Assembly: GCF_963921235.1 (NCBI RefSeq)
Contig: NC_086106.1
Location: 22,940,001 to 23,004,000, forward strand
Direction: 5' to 3'
From: Mobula hypostoma
Lineage: Eukaryota
Length of the DNA stretch: 64,000 bases
Part shown: positions 1 through 11,700 of the stretch, in pieces
How the letters are laid out: every line of letters starts with the position of its first letter
How positions within the stretch are numbered: position 1 is the stretch's first letter
Notes under the pieces: model-generated
Database searches by the model: none
What the model saw: the letters and a program-made list of their open reading frames with translations, nothing else
What the model was told of the DNA's origin: nothing
Translations under genes and position numbers: made by a program

Positions 1-425
1 AAATACCAATAATGCAATATTGTCCCTTTAGCGGGACAGGATTTGGGATGACGAAAGTAATATGGATCCAGATCTCCTGCAAGTGGTAATAGAATGTTTA
101 GTGTGTATTGCGAGACCAACAACAGGTGAATCCTCCTCACTCCTTGGCAGGGAAGCATTTTCTTTTTTTTTTTTTTGTCCTGCGATGGAAAAGGGACGAG
201 AACCCGCTAATGGAGGCTATTGAAAGTTTTTACAAAAGTAAAATTTCATTCAGCCTTTTCTGCCATCCCAGCTAATTTATAAGGGAGAAATACTTCGACG
301 TCACATTGTTATCCCAATCAGTTGCCCCCGGACAGTACTAAGCACAACAGTATGCTTCGGATATATGCGAGCAGAATTCTGATATTCTTTGATTAAAATT
401 TTGAAATCATTTTTGACAATAACAG

Positions 426-732
426 GACATTCCCGAGGCGATGCCGTTTATCAGTCACTTGCTCTCACCACTGTCGCCGAAGGGGAAGTTGCAGTGCTAA
501 ACTGTAACTGTAAAACTGAAAGCCCGGACAACCCTGTATTAATCTGGTACCGTCAGTATCCCGGAGGTTCGCTGGAGTTTCTGTTGCTCCGTACGAAATT
601 CGATGGCCACCGAAATAATATTCTCCGACAACGGTTTACGGCGCAGCTGAATGATTCGAGCGGAACGTTCCCACTGACAAAATCCGAAACACATCTCGGA
701 GACACAGCATTGAATTGCTGTGCTCTTAGGCT
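426..732 (+). pseudogene. TCR alpha/delta-like V exon (probably non-functional)
   Basis: Acceptor ttttgacaataacag (AG at 424-425), then phase-1 GHSRGDAVYQS...LNCNCK...LIWYRQYPG...RF...DTALNCCALR. Conserved Cys, Trp and Cys are present but YYC reads NCC. A decayed leader probably lies at 290-350 (ATA instead of ATG, no intact GT donor in phase). Confidence 0.85.
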
Positions 733-771
733 CACAGGGGTACAGAATTAGACGGAACCGGTACAATAACT
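733..771 (+). promoter_or_regulatory. 23-bp-spacer recombination signal sequence (RSS)
   Basis: Heptamer CACAGGG (733-739), 23-nt spacer, nonamer ACAATAACT (763-771), directly after the V exon. Confidence 0.85.
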
Positions 772-1068
772 ACTTGGGTTTTCTGGAGGCAGCTGAGTGT
801 ATCTGCGGTTTTCTGAGCATCTATAGATCCTTGGACATCCCGACATACAGGCAAATAACAATGCATTTCCTGAAGTTATTATCCAACAGATTGTGTCACC
901 GTAATCATGTTACTGCTCAATCTGTTCAAATGCGCATCCGCCTACCAAAATCCCGCCGATAATCATTCATACCACCAAAGAAGCAACAACCTGCTATTGC
1001 ATTTCTCTCACTGTTTCGAAGAAGAGCCTACTTCCCTTGCAACGTGGAGGATGCCCACTGTTGAAGAA

Positions 1069-1433
1069 ATGCCGTTTATTATCCAGTAACACTGTTACGT
1101 TGAAATTTCACTGTTTAGGTAATCTGTTATTACTTGCAGTTTTTAATATGTCAATTTATTGTTAAATTTGTTTTTACTGCTGAACATTTTCTGTCAGAGC
1201 GATACTGTTGCGCCCTACTTTGGCTTGCTAGAAAACAACAACCTAACATCGCCGGATTGTGGCCCCACTCTAAGAAATAGATGGGTGCACTGGTACAGGA
1301 CGAAATTGCATTTTAATTTGCAGTTCACCCTTGCTAAGTACCACAGAGTCAATCCAGGAAGATGCAGTTTACAGAGTAATCGTTACAACTTGTTTGCTCA
1401 GAATTCGTCATCAATCGTTGATTTGAATTTTGG
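1069..1433 (+). pseudogene. Degenerate V-like relic (leader, intron, partial V) truncated by CR1
   Basis: ATG at 1069, donor ag|GTAATC at 1119, acceptor ttttctgtcag at 1197. Translation ...DC...RWVHWYR...SNRYNL...SSSIVDL. Leader has a stop/frameshift; no YYC or RSS. Confidence 0.4.
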
Positions 1434-2025
1434 AGACGAGAGGTAATGTTGCAGCTATATAGGACTCTGGTCAGACCCTACTTAGCGTACTGTAGGGTTC
1501 TCGTCGCCTCACGACAGGAAGAATGTGGATGTCATAGAAGGGTGCAGGGAAGTTTTACAAGGATGTTGCCTGATTGAGGAGAATCTCTTATGAAAACAGG
1601 TTGAGTCAACTCGGCCTTTTCTCCTTGGAGAGACGGAGGATGAGAGGTGACCTGATAGAGGTGTATACGATGATGCGAGGCATTCATCTTATCGATAGTC
1701 AGAGGTTTTTTCCCAGGGCTGAAATGGTTGACATAAGAGAACACCTGTTGAAGGTTCTCGGGACTAGGTAGAGAGGAGATGTCAGTGGTAAGTTGTTGTT
1801 GTTTATTTTTCTTAAAGAGTGGTGAGTGCATGGAGTAGGCTGCCTGTTATCGTCGTGGAGGCGGATACGATAGGGTCTTTTAAGATACTTTTGTATAGGT
1901 ACGTGGATTTTAGAAAAATAAAGGGCTATGGTAAAGTCCAGTAATCTCTAAGGTAGGGACATGTTCGGCACAAGTTTGTGGACCAAAGGGCCTATATTGT
2001 GCATCATGTTGTCTATGTTTCTATA
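1434..2025 (+). mobile_element. CR1 LINE 3' fragment
   Basis: RLSQLGLFSLERRRMRGDLIEVY (CR1 ORF2 C-terminus), then 3' UTR ending in a tctatgtt-type tail. Confidence 0.9.
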
Positions 2026-2785
2026 TAATTGCGTAGCTGACATCTCACGTTTCAGGAAATAAGTTTAACATCACACATGACACCATTCAAAGAATCTGAG
2101 TTCAGGTAACAGAAAAAATAGTGGAAATTTAAAGGCGAATGGGTAATATGAACACAGAACGATGTTTCTTGATAAATTATAGGTTAATAGCAAGGCTTGC
2201 CAAAGTGTCAGTGATATGAGCAGTTGCAATCCCCTGACATGTATACTATACTATTATATGTAGAGTTCCTGCTAAAATTATATTTTATATACTATGCAAA
2301 TAAAGTGTTGTCTTCGGGTTATTCGATATGCTATAATATTAATCTTGACTATTACGAATTCCAAAGGGTGCTGTACTGCTTTAACAACAATACATTTCAC
2401 TAAATTTATCTCCGACACCATCTCCACCAAATTGTTCTCGGGTTAGTGGAACTATTAAGCCTCGTGAATTCGAGTCGGGTTCGTAAATCCATGAGCCCTG
2501 CGGCCCTATGCACTGTATTTGCAAATACTTTTCTTACTTAAAGTCGTTAAGAATTGCGTTTTGTACTGAAGACTGTCAACTTTATTTTGACTCGCAGGGA
2601 TTTTCAACTTTAAATTGTTATTTAAATCGGAATGCTGATTAACTCTGAGTGCAATGTCGTTTTGTTTCGAGAATGAATCATTTCCCGGTGTCGCTCTGTC
2701 TAACCACTGATGATCTGTCAGAATTTATCTAAAATGAATTCTTTCTTCAATATCTACATGTGAGATTGTCGTTTCTCCGCACTTG

Positions 2786-3414
2786 TGTCAGTCATTTCTC
2801 AGCACTGTAAATTGCAAAAATGTGATATGAATAAGTATTTTGCGGAGTTGGTTGTCGTCGTTATGTCGCATCTGGAATTTCCAGTTGGCGGGCGATTTCA
2901 CTGCACCCATCTCTGTACCATATGGGAAATCATATACTTGGCAGGTTAGAGCAGTGACTTGCCTTTGTCTTCTGTCGGGTGAGTTTAAAGAGATTACCAC
3001 CTCTCTTCTTGATAGATCATCTGCTTGCAAAGCAGCCATAGTCTTCCAAGGTCGGAGCTCTTCTACCTTCCCCACCGGACTCCTGCTGGGTCCGCCGTTG
3101 GCCATCACTCGTAACCCCGAGCAAGGGGCCCTTACCAGCTGCTACCAGTCGGGTCAGCTGGACCTGGGGAGAATCGCAAGGGAATGATCGACCACACCCT
3201 TTGACCAAATTAAGGCCCTGCTACCCATTTTTGGGAGTTACGGTGTTAATTAAATTATTGTTCCCTGTTGGGATGTTGACTGCTGTAATCTGAATTGTCG
3301 ATAGAGTTAATATTTTTTGTCCCTTTCTTGTGTCAACCATTCTCATGAGTTTAATAAAGGCAAGCCGCTGATTTTCTTCTTCTGTTCTCACTAGCTCAAG
3401 TAGACATTATGACA
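2786..3414 (+). mobile_element. Possible solo LTR
   Basis: TGTCA...TGACA termini and AATAAA near 3353; no clean TSD. Confidence 0.3.
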
Positions 3415-3699
3415 TTGTAATATGATACAGATAGGGACATATGCTTTAGAGATTAGTTTAAACACGTGCTTCATTTCATATGTCTTAACAATTAAGCATG
3501 AAAGTACGGAATTAATACAACTAAAGAAGAAGTCAGCTGTTTAATTCATTGTGACTGGTGTAATTTCAACAGAATATGATCAATGTGAACACTGTTGACG
3601 TTACAGTAACAGTGTCTGTACGAGGACTAACATAAGTTGGTTAATTTACTTGTAAGACGCTATTAGGTTTAACTGCTAATGTAATGGGCTCTCTGTAAA

Positions 3700-4155
3700 G
3701 TTTCACTGCTGATATAATGGTTCCTCTGCAGCAGCAATATTTGGTTTATGACTAGAAACAACGGGGCTATGGAATGTGGAAGCTATGCAATGAGAAAAAT
3801 ATTGTTCTTTCTTGTGAGACTGGAAGAGAGATTTTCGCCGTCTTTTGCCCGGGAGAGATGAAGAAAAAAGACGCGAATGGCGAGTGCTGGTAGACCGCCG
3901 GACAGAGTGGACTTGGAGTGAAGGCCGAAGGTCAGGGTCAGTCCGAGGAGGTCGACGGCGGACAAACGGCCTTATCAGTGAGCTCCAAATGGGTGCATTA
4001 GGCAGTTTCATGAGAATGGGCCTTTTTCATTGTTCTTTTGTTTTCTTTACTAATCATATAGTAAAATTAAGGATTATAAAGCTAAATTGTTTAATTGCAT
4101 GTTGTGGACTGTTTGTTATTTCGTTGTACTGATTTGCAACAGGGACACATCATAC
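3700..4155 (+). mobile_element. Probable LTR fragment
   Basis: LTR-like composition ending ...gggacacatcataCA, immediately before the Penelope fragment; left boundary unclear. Confidence 0.35.
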
Positions 4156-4183
4156 AGCATCCCCCCAAACGAGATCTCTTAAG

Positions 4184-4750
4184 TTTCTCCGTAACTTCCG
4201 CCACCTCCAACGGGATCCCACCACTAAGCATATCTTTCCCTCCCTCCCTCTCTCTGCATTCCGCAGGGATCGCTCCCTACACAACTCCCTTGTCCATTCG
4301 TACCCCCCATCCCTCCCCACTGATCTCCCTCCTGGCACTTATCCGTGTAAGCAGAACAAGTGCTACACATGCCCTTACACTTCCTCCCTTACCACCATTC
4401 AGGGCCCCAAACAGTCCTTCCAGGTGAGGCATCACTTCACCTGTGAGTCGACTGGGGTGATATACTGCGTCCGGTGCTCCCGATGTGGCCTTTTATATAT
4501 TGGTGAGACCCGACGCAGACTGGGAGACCGCTTTGCTGAACATCTACGCTCTGTCCGCCAGAGAAAGCAGGATCTCCCAGTGGCCACACATTTTAATTCC
4601 ACATCCCATTCCCATTCTGACATGTCTATCCACGGCCTCCTCTACTGTAAAGATGAAGCCACACTCAGGTTGGAGGAACAGCACCTTATATTCCGTATGG
4701 GTAGCCTCCAACCTGATGGCATGAACATTGACTTCTCTAACTTCCGCTAG
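4184..4750 (+). CDS. Penelope GIY-YIG endonuclease fragment (no start; TE-derived)
   Basis: VIY...YIG motif with Cys-rich linker and RFAEH. The frame is continuous with ORF 4424-4750. Confidence 0.85.
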   Translation, partial: FLRNFRHLQRDPTTKHIFPSLPLSAFRRDRSLHNSLVHSYPPSLPTDLPPGTYPCKQNKCYTCPYTSSLTTIQGPKQSFQVRHHFTCESTGVIYCVRCSRCGLLYIGETRRRLGDRFAEHLRSVRQRKQDLPVATHFNSTSHSHSDMSIHGLLYCKDEATLRLEEQHLIFRMGSLQPDGMNIDFSNFR

Positions 4751-5046
4751 GCCCCACCTCCCCCTCGTACCCCATCTGTTACTCTTTGTTATGCACACAT
4801 TCTTTCTCCCACTCTCCTTTTTCTCCCTCTGTTCCTCTGAATATACCTCTTGCCCATCCTCTGGGGCACCCCCCCCCCCCCGTCTTTCTTCCCGGACCTC
4901 CTGTCCCATGATCCTCTTGTATCCCCTTCTGCCTATCACCTGTCCAGCTCTCGGCTCCATCCCTCCCCCTCCTGTCTTCTCCTATTATTTTGCATCTCCC
5001 CCTCCCCCTCCAGCTTTCAAATCCCTTACTCACTCTTCCTTCAGTT

Positions 5047-5082
5047 AGTCCTGACGAAGGGTCTCGGCCTGAAACGTCGACT
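5047..5082 (+). ncRNA. Minimal type I hammerhead ribozyme motif
   Basis: AGTC-CTGACGA-AGG gtctcgg CCT-GAAAC-GTC-GACT. Complete conserved core, stem I AGTC/GACT, stem II AGG/CCT, palindromic ACGT stem III, GUC cleavage triplet. Confidence 0.8.
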
Positions 5083-5299
5083 GCACCTCTTCCTACAGAT
5101 GTTGCCTGGCCTGCTGCGTTCACCAGCAACTTTTATGTGTGTCTCTTAAGTTTGGCCTGGCAGGCCCTATATTAAGCCGAAGCCGAAACCAGTGTTACAA
5201 TTGTTGGGGTTTGTCCATAAATTATTCTGTTGGATGCTGTGTGACTACCCTGAGAATTGCAGGTATTCGTAGTCCGGATATTTTTTTTTTAATTCGTCT

Positions 5300-5720
5300 T
5301 TTAAGTACTGCTAAAGTTGCGATTGTGGGCGGCGGTGATAAAATGGTGGGAGCAGCTCACGTTTTAATGCAGACCTGCGCTGGGGTAGGGGTAGCTGAGT
5401 ACGGCGACTTCAAAGTCAGCGTTCCTTCGTTTCTGAGGGTGGTCGGAGTTAGAATGTCTAATTGGTCCACGTCCATTGATGAATATTGAGGACTCTGATG
5501 GACGCCCTTATCTCCCTTGCGAATGATTGGAAAATTCTTATTTAAAGTCTCAGCTGTGGTATATTCCACCTATTGTCTGGAATAGAACCAAACTCTAAAG
5601 GGGAAGCGGAGTAGGAATCTTAGGCGCAGCGTAACTGCAGGTTCCTAGATGGGTGGCAGAGCTCTAATGACGTCAAGCTACAGAGACAGGTTGAAAGTTT
5701 GAACGTTGTTCAATGAGGGC
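5300..5720 (-). mobile_element. Ancient L1-like RT relic
   Basis: NFPIIRKGDKGVHQSP...GTLTLKSPYSA weakly resembles L1 FPLxRGTRQGCPLSP...KISLYADD. Confidence 0.3.
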
Positions 5721-6269
5721 GTTGAGAATAGGAACAATGATATTTTGTCCTAATAACATAAGTCCATAGACATAAACGCAGATTTAGTCCTTTGAGCCCA
5801 TCGGGCCTGCTCGGGCGTCGATCACAGCTGAGTTACCTTTCCTGTCAGATATATTTTTCTACATTCTTCTCCAAATATTTAATCCAGTTATAATCATGAA
5901 CATATCGCCGCTTTAAATATATGCAATGTTTTGGTCCCTGCGCCGTCTGCGACAATAAATTACACGGATTCTGTTCCATCTGCCAAAATAAATTTCACCT
6001 CATGCCTGCCTAAAGAGACATCTTGTTTTCTTCCGCTCCTAGTATTTCCCACTGTTGGGTGCATCATTTACAGATCAGTTTTCTCTTGTCCTTTGAAATG
6101 TCGATACTTTCCATGAGGTCCACGCACTCACGCAAAACTAACGATTTTATCATTGTTCCGGAAACCAATTCTAACTTTCGATCTGCTTTACTTACAGCAC
6201 CCTCAAATGCAAATTACTCTTTAGGGAATCCTACACTGGGACACTGAACTCCCATACACTTCAGATTTG

Positions 6270-7390
6270 TCTATGCACTTCCGAAATAGTCTGCACCTTT
6301 TCTCTTTCTACAGAAGTTTTTTTTGACTATGCACTTCCCAACACTGTATTGACTCCAGATTCTCCTAGCCCATTTTGAAATGAGTCCAAGTCTGTTTAGT
6401 GTGCAATCCATTAACATGTTACAGTGTGGCATTGCAAGAGAATAGAAGAGCAGTGTTCCCACCATCTTCTGAGGTATAGTCGTATTAAAACTGAAATTAT
6501 ATTCGTATTAAAAACTGAAAATATGTCGATAAGCAACATCCTAGTATATGAAACACCAACGTACAGGTGGGACACGACGGAGTGCAGTGCAGAGTTGATG
6601 ATATTATCAGTGGACCGATTTAAGCGAAAGGGGAGTTGTAAAGTTTCCAAAGTTGCGGAAGATGTGATTCAATGCGATCCATAAACTGCCGGTGAAAGTA
6701 ATTTGCATACAGTACCGCTGGACGTAGTTGTTAAACAAATTTACTGTCACCATCTCTGATATCTGTAAGATGGTGGGTCAATCGAATCCGAAAGGGACAG
6801 AAGACTGTTCCAGGAAAAAAAAATATACATATAGAATATATAGAATATCCGGTCTTACACTCAGCACGGACTTCGAACGTTAGCAAACTCCGCAGCTTAG
6901 GGCTTTCCTTACTTCAGCAGCGTCCAGCAGCTCTAAAATGAGAATTGGGATTGATCCGTTCTTCGCCAAAAAAAAATCGTTCACTACATCCATCAGTTTG
7001 TAAGATGTTTTAATTGTATCAGGAAGAGAAGCGTAGTGTGGACCTGTAGACCCTGTCTGAACGTACTGCCTCAAGCACTTCAGGTCTCGAGTTCAGCAGG
7101 AATGACTGTATATTCGCTGTCAAGTTTCAGAAACCTGCAGGCTGAAGGATTCCGCTGGAAGAACGCAGATCATCCCCCAACAGTTTAATAGAGAGCGGGT
7201 AGATTGTGAAATGGTGGAGCTGATCGTACTCATTTGCTGAAATCTACGCCTGACTACTATCGCCGTAGGACCAATTGAACAAACAACAGCTTGGTCGATG
7301 TTGGTTGAGGACGGACTACACCAAATCCTCACCTCAAGTAAAATGAGCGTCCTGGTAAATTGGTAAGTCGTGGTGAAATTGTGCATGTGA
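6270..7390 (-). mobile_element. Ancient Rex/Babar-type RT relic with an adjacent CR1 scrap
   Basis: NRSTDNIINSALHSVVSHL...RMLLIDIFSVFNT and AEVRKAL resemble Rex1/Babar RT. LGLISKWARRIWSQYSVGKC (6271-6420) is CR1-like. Confidence 0.55.
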
Positions 7391-7999
7391 ATATCAGTTG
7401 GGCCTGTTGCCTACTTTCTCGAAATTTGATTCAACAGGATTTTCAAACGCCCACTTTGTATTTTTTTCCCATTTCTGAATTAATCCCTTAAGTTTCATTC
7501 AGTTAAAAAAAAACGGAGAAGGAGACTGCTAATTTCTGTAATACCAATGAGAGTGCAACCGCTTACATCCATTTATACAGGTACTGACAACGACCAGAGC
7601 GGTTCGATGACGGGTTCAAAGCACATTTTAAATAAGGAAAAAATCCAAATTTGGATTTCTCGAGTGAAATCAACATGGACACTGTAGATACCACATACAA
7701 TACTGAACAATACTGCAAGATGTCCGCTGATTTTGTTGAAGAACGGATTCAGTCATTCGCTACAGTCGTTCATTGACACAGAACTCCCCAATTCATCTAT
7801 GGCATTCGCCAACAATGATCTTAAAATGAATTGAGGTATGGATTACAGCAAATGAATTTTGTTGTGAGCAGAACGCGAGGGAGAGACTGAAGTTACTTAA
7901 CCGTCCCTTCACGACACGTCAGCATTGCAAACCGGTGATTTGGAATGTGCACCAATACTTTCCCTCCCACATGAGAGCCATTTCTTCCGTGCCTATTTT

Positions 8000-10420
8000 C
8001 TCCTTGGGTTCTGTGGCACATTTGAATATTTTTCCCATATTTGATCTCCGGAGTATTGGACTGTTGCTGAGATTGTACAAGCTTTGAACCACCTAAGTAA
8101 GGCGTGAATTAGTGTCAATAAACGAATCTGCTCTCTTAAACGTCAATTCATCGTTTCAATTAGCATTGATGCTTGTGGGTAATGAAGAACGTGAAACTTG
8201 TAATTCCTCCAGCAGAAGCCCAACCTTCCATGGCATGCAACGTGACGTGAGATCCGTCCTCTAACAGTATTTTTGAATGTCTCATTAAACCAATTAACTT
8301 CTGAAATTCCATTCAATTTGTGATCCTAATTAACTTTGCGCAATGAATTGGAATTAATAGATTTGAATCTGCAATCAATGGGAAGTAAATACTTAGATCG
8401 TTGCTGCTGTGACAGGGATCCGATGTAATCTATCTTCCATACCTGTGGTGGACTAGAACCTCCCTTCCCTCGGTTAATCCAGACAGTCGACTTCACAGCC
8501 ACTAGTCCTCTTTTAACATGGTAAAACATACCACATGCAATAACAACTTCTTTCATCATGTCTACTGGTAGTCGTACACTTCTTTGTGATATACGCTTCC
8601 AAAAGATCGTCCATGTTACGTGCCTCTTGCTTCATCACACGGAATTCGGGTGTTTTGACATGACATTCGACAATTCACAGCTCCAGTTGATGATTAAAGA
8701 AGATGGATAAAGAGTTATCTTTCTGCGAAGCGTTTATATTCAAAACAGTAATCTTCATTCATTTTGCCTCTTCCCAGACGTTATCCAAAACTGCCTGTCC
8801 CTTCGAATGTTTTCCTTGTCTCCTGCGTTTGCTGCGGCAACCTTGTCATGCACATAACCATTATATTCATAACTACACATGACTCTGTGTTTTTGTGCTC
8901 CTCACTCGATTCTTGCTGCAATGGTAAGATAAATGCTACCAGTTCAGCTCTTTGACTGTACCCTCCCTTTCCCTACTACTGCATTACTGAACCTCTGAAT
9001 AGAATCAGTTCGGTGGCTCCCAACCTATGCCCTCCGTTTTCCATGCATCGATACCGTACGTAAAACAGGAGCGAAGTCCACTTGCTGCAGAGAACTGTTC
9101 ATATGGTAAACCTTAAGTAACAAGGGAGGGAGACACTGATGTGGGGTTCGGCAGTTTCTGTACTGATCCTATCCATACGTATGTGAGCAAAACTTTCCAT
9201 CAATTTACTGATTCATGCGAACCCTTATTTCCCAGTTCTGTGATTTTCCACTTCCATTTCGTTATACAAGCTTACTTCCCCCTACCCACACTGTCAGTAT
9301 TGAGATTCTCAAATAGCAATCGCGTCAAAATGGGGAGGAGAGGTCTCAGCCTTACTTGAAGTCATTTGACCCACTGGATAGCCAAAAACTGCACTGTATG
9401 ACTAGGCAGCTGTATTTTTTTTTGTGTGTGTATTCGTTACTGAATCGCGGTCTTTCATATGATTTATTGGCATTTCTAGGGCTTTAGCAGCACCCTCCTA
9501 GGTGGATGCTCTCAGCTGAATGCCATCGATATATTCTACTCTCTGTATATCAGACCAGCGAGCACATTCTCTGACTTTTCATGCTTAAGTACATGATATA
9601 GTGCAGGGCTATGCATATTTTCCTAGGGCAACCTATTAAAGATGTGCCATCTGCTTCACATCTGCAGGCAATATGATCCTGTGACTCTGGTTACAGGTTA
9701 ATGAAAATGGATACAAAGCACTATTGTTCTGTCCATGTAACATTCTGTTGCGCTAAGGTCATTACGTCTGGGACAGCAGCAGTAAACGGAGGAGCAAGAG
9801 ACTATGAAGTTCAGTAGCACATTGTAAGGTCTCCATTTCGCTGGATCTGGTAAAACAATTGAATTTAAACTGTCAAATGTGAAATTCTCCAATTGTGTGC
9901 ACTGTCCGTCCCTGCAGCACATATGTTCAGATAACGTGGCTATCAGTAATCACGGTTTCTTGGGCTGTCCGAACTGAATAGCTAATCAATTGATTGCTTC
10001 ACGTGCATGTATTATTTTCCCTCGCAAACTGTCCTCACGCATTGAAGGCTATCAGTGTTTCCGCTTGCAAACGACCATTCGGCAGTTCTTGTCTAATACA
10101 GCATGAGCTTGTTGTTTGTTTGCAGCTGTCTGCAACGCCAGATAGGCAACCATGCATCTCACTCTACCGTCATTCCGTTCCAGTTATGACTATCACGTGG
10201 CACAGGGTGAAAACAGCGATGGCTACATTGGATGACCTGCTCTTCGGACACTTTCCTAAATCTCTAGAATTGCAGCGCTGCACTTCTTTAGGATTTATGT
10301 CTATGTCTTTGGTGTCAACATACGGTTTGCCCACATTGAAAACGCCCAGTTTCAGTATAATGGAGAGCTCGACATTCTTACGGTAATTACAACTGGATAC
10401 ATTGACCTTCTGGATAGACA
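8000..10420 (-). mobile_element. Fossil ERV-L-like (class III) retroviral pol
   Basis: Colinear motifs in retroviral order: tether LRPLLPI...SVGRG...KWKWKI (~9350-9245); RNase H GYSQRAELVA (~8970-8940); integrase PQVWKIDYIGSL (~8450-8415) and FHVLHYPQASMLIE.MN (~8200-8145). RT and protease region is very degraded. Confidence 0.7.
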
Positions 10421-11349
10421 TGTTGGTTTACAGTGCAGGTATTCCACAACTGGTGTGTGCAACGGAACCGATAATTAAAGAAAACGCGGTGACAGTTGGA
10501 AAGTGAATAAAAATACATATGCTAAGGTATATGCGTAAAAAGAAACTGGATGTAGCCAGTAACGAAGTTAGAAAGACAGACTACAAACGTTCTGATCTTG
10601 CCTCTGTTACGGACCACTGAAGATAAAAGTGGAATGAAATTGTATTTGAATGTGTGACTGATAATTCATGTATTGAGCAGTACTTCAGTATTTTGATTCA
10701 TTGGACATATTTGAAGGAAGGAGGGAAACTGTTGATCTTTTGGAAGGTGTTTGTTTTCTTCACATTTCTCTGCTGGAAATGAAACAATACGATCTTGAAC
10801 AGTCTTGGCGATGCATCTTGTACAAAAGGGCAAGGTTACAACTGAACTCGAGTCGGACCACTATCCTTACTGTCAGATTTATAAAACTGCGGGAGTGGTT
10901 AATTTTGGTCCACACTGGAACGGAAATCAGAGTGAAAGAGTAGAGGATGGACAAGTAGTTGTAAAGGTAAATGTAGCGAAAAAAGAGATCCTGTGGAATG
11001 GTAGGCAGTGGATAGATTATGATTACCCACAGTTCGATGCACTTAATCATGCTATTTTTTGATTACGAAAACTAAAAAGAACAGCCAAATACTCATCTTA
11101 TATTCTCAATAGTTATCGTTTATTTATGATGCTGTTTTCGCATTTTACGTTGCCGATTATCGTCTTCTTCACCCAGGTTGAATTTTATTGATTATTTTGT
11201 TGTTAATTACACTTGTTGTGTAACAACATAGGAAATTGTATCTCAGCATTTTATGTTGTGACATAAACGTACTTTCAGAATACTTTTCCTTAAAACTTAG
11301 AACTTTGTTTGTTCCATCTCTTTTACGAAGACTTGTATCATCAACAATA

Positions 11350-11700
11350 AAAGGACATGATGTTGAAAGACCAATCATTATCTCTGGCAAACACGATTAT
11401 GACGCCCATCTTTTCCAGCCGTCTACAAAATATCGGCATTGCATTTTGCTATCCCCTAAAAGCTCGATTGCGAAACGACATCTCCCTGGATCTATCATCG
11501 TGTCTGGATGATCTGGATAATGCAGTCCAGGGCACCAGACTTCAATTTATGCACTCCTACATGTTCACTGCCTCCATTTCATTTTCTGTATTTTTTGCTT
11601 ACCGTTTTTTTTTTTTCGTTCTTGTGCATTTTCTTAGTTTGGACCAAACCCGACCTGCAGTTTTCATGGTCCAGAATAATCCAGAATTTGCATCCTGGGA
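11350..11700 (+). mobile_element. Possible ancient L1-like AP-endonuclease relic
   Basis: Frameshifted LAN..., GSIIVSG/DLDN and YRFFF..VH resemble L1 APE motifs; weak. Confidence 0.25.

Larger units (their letters stand above)
4156..5142 (+). mobile_element. Penelope-like element, 5'-truncated (endonuclease region plus 3' UTR/pLTR)
   Basis: Open frame 4184-4750 (LRNFRHLQRDPTTKHIF...CKQNKCYTC...GVIYCVRCSRCGLLYIGETRRRLGDRFAEH...GMNIDFSNFR*), followed by a pyrimidine-rich UTR and a hammerhead motif. Confidence 0.9.

Noticed and set aside
41-75. TTTGGGATGACGAAAGTA as a J-segment FGxG motif
   Set aside because: Lacks the second Gly, an upstream 12-RSS and a properly placed splice donor.
290-732. 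First V as a leaderless NAR-TCR supporting V-delta (extra Cys, no clear leader)
   Set aside because: A decayed leader is visible at 290-350, the extra Cys codons are single-base Tyr changes and the first is not in CDR1, and no upstream NAR-TCR J or donor is seen.
2840-3187. 115-aa ORF as a gene
   Set aside because: No recognisable motif; lies in a probable LTR-like repeat.
5668-5675. Perfect CRE TGACGTCA as a V promoter
   Set aside because: No leader or V exon follows; it lies in a probable L1 relic, and one 8-mer in 64 kb is expected by chance.
10701-11062. Overlapping ORFs as gag or L1 RT
   Set aside because: Only vague motif hints on both strands; could not assign.
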